DNA from: Caldisericota bacterium
Lineage (GTDB): Bacteria; Caldisericota; JANLFM01
Assembly (NCBI GenBank): GCA_024655965.1
Contig: JANLFL010000002.1
Span: 115,129 to 179,128 of the forward strand
DNA: 64,000 nucleotides
Direction of reading: 5' to 3'
Each line of letters begins with the position of its first letter. Positions within the stretch are counted from its first letter, which is position 1. This document shows, in pieces, positions 56,581 through 63,538 of the stretch. The notes beneath the pieces are model-generated. The model was not told the origin of the DNA. It saw nothing but the letters and a program-made list of their open reading frames with translations, and did not search any database. Position numbers and translations under genes: made by a program.

Positions 56581-56652
56581 TTTTTCACCTCCTTTCTAAA
56601 ATTGCGGCGGAGAAACAAAAACAGCGGCTCAGAAGTTTCTCCGCCGCTGTCT

Positions 56653-56794
56653 AAAATGCAATTGCAATTGCATTTTTAGCATATAAAGGAGGGGATGTCA
56701 AGGGGGTTTGGGAAAAATTTTTTGATCCCTTTGTATTATTAGTATATATATTTTTGGAATAAACCATTGACTTTTTGGAAATATGGGGTAAAAT
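56653..56794. promoter_or_regulatory. Divergent promoter region with a palindromic operator
   Basis: Leftward TTGACA(56701-56696)-N17-TAAAAA with an extended TG; rightward TTGACT(56767)-N16-TAAAAT(56789); perfect 24-bp palindrome at 56653-56676. Confidence 0.7.
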
Positions 56795-56813
56795 AGTTCG
56801 GGAGGAGCTATAA

Positions 56814-57227
56814 ATGGCACAAGCCAGGGACAGGATCAGGGAAATCAGGTTGAGCAAAGGCCTTTCCCAGGGCCAACTTGCTCAGATTCTGGGCTACACC
56901 CCGTCCACGGTTTCCAGAATAGAACAGGGCGTCCTCAAGCCGTCTTTAAAATTCCTTCAGAAGTTCTCCCAGGCCTTCGGGGTTTCCCTCTCCTACCTGA
57001 TAGACCCTCAGGAACCCATCCTCCTGGACGAGGAGGGGGAGATTGACCTCAACCGCCTGGAGCCGGGTTTGAGAGATTTGGCCCTTGATGAGAATTTAAA
57101 ACGCCTCTTCGATGTGAAGGAGGAAGAAATCAAGCGTCTGGCAACCGTCAAGTTCAGGGCGGGTTCGGTGGATAAACAGGGGTATTTGAGCCTCCTTTTG
57201 TTCTTACGAACTCTGGACCGAAGGTAG
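56814..57227 (+). CDS. XRE-family repressor, DdrO/CapH-like
   Basis: HTH_3 domain (R..KGLSQ.QLA..LG.....VSRIE.G...PS); C-terminal helical domain L..V.FR....DKQ......L.LR resembles DdrO. Confidence 0.85.
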   Translation: MAQARDRIREIRLSKGLSQGQLAQILGYTPSTVSRIEQGVLKPSLKFLQKFSQAFGVSLSYLIDPQEPILLDEEGEIDLNRLEPGLRDLALDENLKRLFDVKEEEIKRLATVKFRAGSVDKQGYLSLLLFLRTLDRR

Positions 57228-57893
57228 ATGGCGGAGTTAAAAGAGATTATCCATGAGACCCTCTCCCGGGCAGGAATTCAGCATCCCCCGGTGGAGATGG
57301 AAAAAATTCTGAAAGTTCTCGACCTGGAGGACCTGTTTTTCGATTCCGGGATTGACCAGGAGAATGGAACAGTGCTCTTCCTTGACCAATTGAAGGGAAA
57401 ATGGCGCATCAAGATCCCCTCGTCGCTTCCCCGGGGAAGGCTGATTTTCGATCTGGCCCACGAGTGCGTGGAATACCTGGCCTTAAAAGCGGACATCAAG
57501 TGCTCACACAGGGAGATAAACGAGGGGGCTGTCGAAATGCTCATTCCCGAAAAATGGGGGAAGGAATTCATCGAGAAGGAGGGCCTCGACCTCTTTGCTT
57601 TTAAAAGAGCCTTCTCCACCCCATCTCTGGATACCTGCGCATACAGGCTTTTAGATCTGGCCCCCTTTCCCGGGGTCCTCGTTGTGCTTCGGGATGGGGA
57701 AAGGCGGGTACATCGAAGGCGACAAAGGGCATGGTTCTCCCCGGATGAGGAGGAATTCATTCAGGAGGCATCCACTTCCCCAAACCCTATAATAAGAAAT
57801 CTCAAAGGGGAGGTCTTCCAATCCTTCCCCATCTGGGACCAGAGGAAATTCAGGGTAAAGAAATCCTACATTTATTTTTGGGAGGGTAATTAG
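57228..57893 (+). CDS. ImmA/IrrE (M78)-like metallopeptidase with a variant metal site
   Basis: R..F.LAHECVE, N.GA.E.LIP, F...S...AYRL; starts immediately after the XRE stop. Confidence 0.75.
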   Translation: MAELKEIIHETLSRAGIQHPPVEMEKILKVLDLEDLFFDSGIDQENGTVLFLDQLKGKWRIKIPSSLPRGRLIFDLAHECVEYLALKADIKCSHREINEGAVEMLIPEKWGKEFIEKEGLDLFAFKRAFSTPSLDTCAYRLLDLAPFPGVLVVLRDGERRVHRRRQRAWFSPDEEEFIQEASTSPNPIIRNLKGEVFQSFPIWDQRKFRVKKSYIYFWEGN

Positions 57894-57902
57894 GAGGGGA
57901 GA

Positions 57903-58130
57903 GTGGAATATCTCTCGCCTCAACAACTGGCTATCCGCTGGAATGCCCCTTTGAGGGCAGTTTACGGAATCGCCCTGGGAAAGCACAGTTTTGCCTCCCT
58001 TACGGGAACCTTAAACATTTACCATCACAAAAACAGGCCATTCTTTTCCCTGGAGGAGATTATGAAATGGGAGAGAAAGCTTGCCCGCTTGAAAATCCCC
58101 CTGGAATTGATCCTCAAGGAGTTTAAATAA
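57903..58130 (+). CDS. Small HTH protein, excisionase/MerR-like
   Basis: YLSPQQLA.RW.....VY ... PFFSLEEI.KWE; AGGAGG RBS with GTG start. Confidence 0.55.
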   Translation: MEYLSPQQLAIRWNAPLRAVYGIALGKHSFASLTGTLNIYHHKNRPFFSLEEIMKWERKLARLKIPLELILKEFK

Positions 58131-58202
58131 AAAACAGGGGCTGCCTGGCGGCAACCCCTGCCATGGGGGAGGTGGGAAGACAGGCTATTGGCAATAACCT
58201 TG
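58124..58202 (-). ncRNA. Candidate small RNA of about 80 nt carrying an anti-Shine-Dalgarno motif
   Basis: Minus-strand TTGACA-N18-TATAAA, 5' hairpin, unpaired CCCACCTCCCC, and an 11-bp terminator stem followed by TTTTTTATTT. Confidence 0.45.
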
Positions 58203-58281
58203 ATTCCTTTATAGAGGGTAAATATGAGAGTTGTCAAGGGGAAAGTAAAATTTTTTGTAAAATTTTTTAAGGTTTTACATT

Positions 58282-59025
58282 ATGGAAAATAGGGCTTTAA
58301 AGCTCACCCCTTCACTGATCGATGTCTTCGAGTCCTGCCCCCGGAGGTACTGGTATCTTTACGAGCCGGACTCCCCTCAGGTACCCAGGAGGATATCCTG
58401 GCAGCTTTCCTTCGGTACATCCCTCCACGAAGCAATGAAGGAGATATACTTCTTGGGAGGCCCTCCCCAGGTCCCCCTCTCCTCCCTCTCCCAGATCCTG
58501 GAAAAGTGCTGGCACAGGGAGGGTTTTACAGATGAGTCCCTGGAAAGGGAAAGGAAATTAAGGGCCCTGGAGATTCTGGAAAACTACATCGAAGGAAATA
58601 GATCCCGCCCCGTGATGACCTTGGGGCTGGAAAAGCAGCTCTCAGCATCAATTGAGGGAGTGAACTTTCTTGCAAAAATCGACAGACTGGATCTGCTTCG
58701 ACCGGGTTTATTGATCGTGGATTATAAAACTGGACAGGGGGCCTTGAGCGACAACCAGTTGCTCATCTCCTTTCTGGTGGTCCTTTTTAATTATAAATCA
58801 CCCTCTGATCGCCCGGTGAAGTTCATGCTCCTAAATCTGGAGAGGGGGGAGGAAAAAATCATCGATCTGGAGGAGGAGAAGGCTTTCGCCCGGATTAGTC
58901 ACTACAAAAACATCAGGGATCAGATCATTCAGCGAGAGTTCCCGCCAAACCCCTCGGTTTTCACCTGTCGGTACTGCGAGGCGGGGAACATCTGCAGTTT
59001 TGCCCGAAAATGGGAAAGGGAGTGA
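58282..59025 (+). CDS. PD-(D/E)XK RecB/AddB/Cas4-like nuclease with an Fe-S staple
   Basis: CPRRY, G..LH, E..L, IDRLD, VDYKTG, QL, C-terminal CRYC.....C. Confidence 0.85.
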   Translation: MENRALKLTPSLIDVFESCPRRYWYLYEPDSPQVPRRISWQLSFGTSLHEAMKEIYFLGGPPQVPLSSLSQILEKCWHREGFTDESLERERKLRALEILENYIEGNRSRPVMTLGLEKQLSASIEGVNFLAKIDRLDLLRPGLLIVDYKTGQGALSDNQLLISFLVVLFNYKSPSDRPVKFMLLNLERGEEKIIDLEEEKAFARISHYKNIRDQIIQREFPPNPSVFTCRYCEAGNICSFARKWERE

Positions 59026-59029
59026 AATT

Positions 59030-59797
59030 GTGGAAAAGATACTGGTTGATTTAAATGCCGATGTGGGAGAGAGTTTCGGGGTTTATTCCCTGGGAAACGA
59101 AGAAGGGCTCTTGCCCTATTTGACATCCGTGAACATCGCCTGCGGCCTTCATGCAGGGGACCCATTGGTAATGGAGAGAACGATCAAAAAAGCAATTGGG
59201 TTAAAGCTCTCTATTGGCGCTCATCCAGGATACCCGGACCTTCAGGGATTCGGGAGGAGAAGGTTCTCGCTTTCCCCCAAAGAGGTAAAGTGCTTCCTCA
59301 TCTATCAGGTAGGAGCCCTGATGGGGTTTCTGAAGGTGGCGAAGGAGAGGCTTTCTCATGTCAAGCCCCACGGAGCTTTGTACAACGAAGCCTGCCAAAA
59401 CCCGGAAATCGCCAGGGCGATTGCCGAAGCGGTTCAAGAGATCGACCCCGAACTTTTCCTATTGGCGAGGTCCGGGTCTGAGATGGTAAAGCAAGCCAAA
59501 TTGGTGGGAACAAAGGTTGTCGAGGAGGCCTTTGCCGACAGGAACTATGGAGAGGACGGAGATCTACTCCCCAGGGATCACCCTGAAGCCTTAATCCGGA
59601 ATCCGGAGGAGGCGGCAAAAAGAGCCCTTTCCATGGCGAAAGAAAAAAGGGTCAAAACGGTTTCCGGGATGGAAATTCCCCTCAATTTCCGGAGCCTGTG
59701 CATCCACGGGGACAACCCCCTGGCTCCAGCAATTGCTCGATCCATAAGGGAAATTTTTGCCGCCAACGAAATCGAGGTTTCCCCTTTTTCAATTTAG
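59030..59797 (+). CDS. pxpA: 5-oxoprolinase subunit A (LamB/YcsF)
   Basis: DLNAD.GE, NIACG.HAGD, AHPGYPD..GFGRR, VKPHGALYN, FADR.Y and C.HGD. Confidence 0.93.
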   Translation: MEKILVDLNADVGESFGVYSLGNEEGLLPYLTSVNIACGLHAGDPLVMERTIKKAIGLKLSIGAHPGYPDLQGFGRRRFSLSPKEVKCFLIYQVGALMGFLKVAKERLSHVKPHGALYNEACQNPEIARAIAEAVQEIDPELFLLARSGSEMVKQAKLVGTKVVEEAFADRNYGEDGDLLPRDHPEALIRNPEEAAKRALSMAKEKRVKTVSGMEIPLNFRSLCIHGDNPLAPAIARSIREIFAANEIEVSPFSI

Positions 59798-59800
59798 AAT

Positions 59801-60499
59801 ATGAAACCCCAATTTTTCAGGTTCTTACATGCGGGAGAGGGGGGGATGGTTGTGGAATTCGGAGAGGAAATTGACCCCCGGACGAACCTTCTGGTTTTGG
59901 AACTGGAGAAAAAAATTAGAGGGGAGAGGTTACCAGGGATTGAGGAGACCGTCCCCACCTATCGCTCCCTTTTCATTTCCTTTGACCCTCAAAAATTCTC
60001 CCATCACCAGTTGAAGGAAAAACTCCAAGGGATGATCTCCACTTTGGAGATCGAAAATTGCAAAGAGGGAAGACTGGTGCAAATTCCGGTGGTTTACGGA
60101 GGGGAATTTGGGCCAGACCTCCAGGGGGTTGCGGAAATGAAAGGATTGGCCCAGGAGGAAGTAATCCGCCTGCATACTTCGCGGGAGTTCAGGGTTTTCA
60201 TGATCGGTTTTACCCCAGGGTTTCCCTACCTGGGGGTCCTTCCTCCGGAAATAGCGGTCCCCAGGCTGGAAACGCCCCGATTAAAGGTTCCAAAGGGATC
60301 GGTAGGGATCGCAGAACTTCAGACGGGGATTTATCCCCTGGAAAGCCCGGGTGGATGGAGGATTATCGGGCGGACCCCGCTCCAGCTATTCAATCCGGAG
60401 ACCAATCCCCCATTTCTTCTTTCCCCCGGGGACAGGGTTCGCTTCTTCCCGATCTCCCCAAAGGAATACCAGGAACTCCTCCAAGATGGGTCGCTTTAG
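59801..60499 (+). CDS. pxpB: 5-oxoprolinase subunit B (KipI-like)
   Basis: VPTYRS, PV.YGG..GPDL, GF.PGFPYL, GIYP..SPGGW.IIGRT. Confidence 0.92.
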   Translation: MKPQFFRFLHAGEGGMVVEFGEEIDPRTNLLVLELEKKIRGERLPGIEETVPTYRSLFISFDPQKFSHHQLKEKLQGMISTLEIENCKEGRLVQIPVVYGGEFGPDLQGVAEMKGLAQEEVIRLHTSREFRVFMIGFTPGFPYLGVLPPEIAVPRLETPRLKVPKGSVGIAELQTGIYPLESPGGWRIIGRTPLQLFNPETNPPFLLSPGDRVRFFPISPKEYQELLQDGSL

Positions 60500-60508
60500 G
60501 GGCAGAGG

Positions 60509-61450
60509 ATGGGGATCCCCTTTTTAAAAGTAATCCAGCCTGGTCCCTTGACTACCGTTCAGGACCTTGGAAGGTTCGGGTATCTGAAGTTCGGCCTTCC
60601 CCCCGCTGGGGCTGCTGATGAGCTCTCCTTTCGAGTGGCAAACGCTCTGGTGGGAAACCCTCCAGATTCTGCTTGCATAGAACTCACAGTGGCAGGGGGG
60701 AAATTCCAGGCCCTGGAAGGCTCGACCATCGCTATCACCGGCGGGAACATGAAACCCAAAATAAATGGATTACCCGTCTCCGGCTGGGAATCCCTGACTT
60801 TAAAAGAAGGCGACCTGCTTGAATTTTCCTTGGTATCCTCCGGTTGCCGCTCCTACATTTCCGTTGCAGGGGGAATCGATGTCCCTCAGGTTTTGGGAAG
60901 CCGTTCCACCTACCTTCTGGGGAACATCGGGGGATTCCTGGGCCGTCCCCTTAAAGAGGGGGATACCCTTCTCCGGGGGGAGAGCAGCAAGGCCTTGCCC
61001 AGAATTTTCCCCAAGCACTTCATCCCCCAATTTCCTCCTCAAATTGAATTGAGGGTCCTCCTCGGGCCCCAGGAGGACCACTTTTCTTCCCAGGGGCTTA
61101 AAACCTTCCTTCAGGAAGAGTACCGGGTGAGCCCTCATTCAAACAGAATGGGGTACCGGCTGGAAGGGCCGCAGATTGAAACGCTAAAAAAGGGAATCAT
61201 CTCAGATGCCATCCCCCTGGGATCGGTTCAGGTAAGCGGAGATGGGCAACCGATCATTCTCCTCTGGGACAGGCAGACCACAGGGGGATATCCCAAAATC
61301 GCGGTGGTAATCAGACCGGACATCTGGAAAATCGCTCAGGCAAAACCCGGAGATGGGGTCTTTTTTAAAAAAGTGGGAATGGAGGAGGCCCTTTCTCTAT
61401 ATGGAAATTACCGCTCCTTCCTCTCCTCCCTGGATAATCTGGTACAATAG
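60509..61450 (+). CDS. pxpC: 5-oxoprolinase subunit C (KipA-like)
   Basis: TTVQDLGR, AN.LVGN, LGSRST, SNRMGYRL, QTTGGYP. Confidence 0.92.
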   Translation: MGIPFLKVIQPGPLTTVQDLGRFGYLKFGLPPAGAADELSFRVANALVGNPPDSACIELTVAGGKFQALEGSTIAITGGNMKPKINGLPVSGWESLTLKEGDLLEFSLVSSGCRSYISVAGGIDVPQVLGSRSTYLLGNIGGFLGRPLKEGDTLLRGESSKALPRIFPKHFIPQFPPQIELRVLLGPQEDHFSSQGLKTFLQEEYRVSPHSNRMGYRLEGPQIETLKKGIISDAIPLGSVQVSGDGQPIILLWDRQTTGGYPKIAVVIRPDIWKIAQAKPGDGVFFKKVGMEEALSLYGNYRSFLSSLDNLVQ

Positions 61451-61473
61451 ATCGAAAAAAGGAAAAGCTTTGG

Positions 61474-63060
61474 GTGGTTGATAAAATTTTTTATCTCATT
61501 CTCATCCTCACGATCCTCAACCCCATTCCCCAGGCGCCTGCTTCCAATTTCCGGGACCTTCCTTCCGACTACTGGGCTTTCGAGGTGATCGAGAACCTAT
61601 CCCAACTGGGGATCGTAAAAGGTTACCCGGAGGGCACTTTCCGCCCTGAAGCAAGGCTTACCAGGGCGGAGTTCGCCAAGATCTATGCCCTCTCCTTCCA
61701 CCTTTCCCTCCCGGAGAGTCCCCGCTCCTCTTTTGTTGACCTCCCGCCAGACCACTGGGCGATTCCTTTTATTGAGGCCTGCGTTCAGGAGGGGGTCATC
61801 AAAGGTTATCCGGAAGGGTATTTTCTCCCGGAAAACCAGGTAACCCTTGAGGAAGTCCTGGCTGTCCTTCTTAGGCACCTCTACCCCCGATACGAGGTGA
61901 TCCCCGACGTGGAGGCCTTCCCCACCCTGGATACGGACCGCTGGTCTTATCCCTATATTCAAATGGCTCTCGCTCTGGGAATCCTCCCCCGGGATGACCC
62001 CGATTTCCTTGAATGGGGAGAATTCATCCCCGACTCCCCATGTTCAAGGGCCCAGGCCTGTTTTCTGGTTTTCAGGACAAGGTTTTTTGGGAATTCCCTC
62101 AGTCTGGGAAACCCGGTGGAATATCGGTTGACTTACACCGTTCATCTCTTTAACGAAGGGACCAGTCCATCAGGAGGGGTTGATTTGACCTTGGCGACTG
62201 TCCCGGATGTCCTCCCCTTTCAGCATGTCCAAGAAATGAATTTCTTTCCCCAACCAAATGAATTTGAAACGGACGACAATGGCAATCGATTTGCCATTTT
62301 TCACCTTGAGGGAATCCTCCCAGGCAAGGAGAAAGAGGTAAAAATGGAGGTCCTGGTGGAGGTCTTCCCCTTTTCCTACTATCCCGATTCAGAGACTGGC
62401 TCGCTTAAATACCACACCAGCGGGACCGATTTCATTCGATTTACATCCCCGGAATCCTTCGAGGAATCGGATAGTCCCGAAGTCCAGAAAAAAGCCAGAG
62501 AGCTGGACCAGGGGGAGGGGTTTTTCGAGACTTCTTTGGCAATTTACAACTTCGTGGGGAAACACCTCACCTATTCGGGGTACAACCCCCAGAGTTCGGG
62601 AGCCCTTGAGGCGCTTCTATCAGGGGAAGGGGACTGCACGGAATTCGCTGACCTCTTCGTTGCTTTAGAGAGGGCCAGCGGAATCCCCTCCCGTTTTGTG
62701 GAGGGGTTCGTTTATTCCGATTGGTCGGGAAAAAGAGAAGATATAACGCATGACTGGGCAGAGGTCAGGCTTCCAGGGGGGATCTGGCTTCAGGTTGATC
62801 CGACATTCGGCCGATTCGGCGAAAATTTTTTCTTCGCCTCCGAGGGAAAGCACATCCTCCTCACAAGAGGGAGGAACCTGGAACAGTTAGGGGGGTTCCA
62901 TTACTATTTTTACCATTACGACACCGGGGGAGGGCTCGCCAGCATAGACTCCTATGAAGAAATTGAAATAATTCCCCAGGAGGTAGGCGATTTGACAGGG
63001 GGGTGGGGGGAAATTAAGCTATACGGGAACGAAGTAAACTTCAAGAAGGTGGTAAATTGA
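61474..63060 (+). CDS. SLH triplet plus transglutaminase-like (cysteine protease-fold) surface protein
   Basis: Signal peptide, three SLH repeats, catalytic triad GDCTEF / HDWAE / DPT. Confidence 0.87.
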   Translation: MVDKIFYLILILTILNPIPQAPASNFRDLPSDYWAFEVIENLSQLGIVKGYPEGTFRPEARLTRAEFAKIYALSFHLSLPESPRSSFVDLPPDHWAIPFIEACVQEGVIKGYPEGYFLPENQVTLEEVLAVLLRHLYPRYEVIPDVEAFPTLDTDRWSYPYIQMALALGILPRDDPDFLEWGEFIPDSPCSRAQACFLVFRTRFFGNSLSLGNPVEYRLTYTVHLFNEGTSPSGGVDLTLATVPDVLPFQHVQEMNFFPQPNEFETDDNGNRFAIFHLEGILPGKEKEVKMEVLVEVFPFSYYPDSETGSLKYHTSGTDFIRFTSPESFEESDSPEVQKKARELDQGEGFFETSLAIYNFVGKHLTYSGYNPQSSGALEALLSGEGDCTEFADLFVALERASGIPSRFVEGFVYSDWSGKREDITHDWAEVRLPGGIWLQVDPTFGRFGENFFFASEGKHILLTRGRNLEQLGGFHYYFYHYDTGGGLASIDSYEEIEIIPQEVGDLTGGWGEIKLYGNEVNFKKVVN

Positions 63061-63533
63061 TGATTTTTTCTCAGGTAATTTCTCTTGTTCCCACGGTTCA
63101 GTACTCGATCCAGGAACCGCTCCCGGCTTCAAATTTGCTGGATCTGATTCCGGCAATCATCATCGCCCTGCTCTCGGTGATATTTTTGTTTTTAAGCATC
63201 AGGCTCTCTCGCTTGCGGACTGATGCAATTGGCTCAATTTACCTTTTAACTGGGGTCTTCCTTTTCCTGGCCTGTGTATTCCAGGTGATCTTCCTGTTTT
63301 TAAGAAGCGAGTGGCTGTATACCTTCATCTTTGCCCAGGAGGTCTTCCTTCTCCTTTCCCTTGTCACCCTGATTATTTCCGCCCTCAGCCTGGGTGAGAA
63401 AGCGCCACCGCCGCCTTCCATTCCCATTCAAAATAACAAAACCGTTTCTACCCCTCCCCCTTCAATCACCCCCTCCAGCGAGGGAAAGGAAGAAACCTCC
63501 CCTGAGCCTGAAAGGAGCCCAGAGGAAAAATAG
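63060..63533 (+). CDS. Hypothetical membrane protein with a Pro/Ser-rich tail
   Basis: Three hydrophobic segments; coupled to the upstream stop. Confidence 0.6.
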   Translation: MIFSQVISLVPTVQYSIQEPLPASNLLDLIPAIIIALLSVIFLFLSIRLSRLRTDAIGSIYLLTGVFLFLACVFQVIFLFLRSEWLYTFIFAQEVFLLLSLVTLIISALSLGEKAPPPPSIPIQNNKTVSTPPPSITPSSEGKEETSPEPERSPEEK

Positions 63534-63538
63534 CTTCG

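Noticed and set aside
56651-56857. 68-aa minus-strand ORF across the divergent promoter region
   Set aside because: No RBS, atypical composition, and it overlaps promoter and operator elements and the xre start.
55025-59025. Calling the module a prophage or ICE
   Set aside because: No integrase, att repeats, replication, packaging or conjugation genes are visible; a phage ancestry remains possible but cannot be shown here.
58282-59025. Cas4 and CRISPR association
   Set aside because: No cas1/cas2 genes and no repeat-spacer array were seen anywhere in the window.
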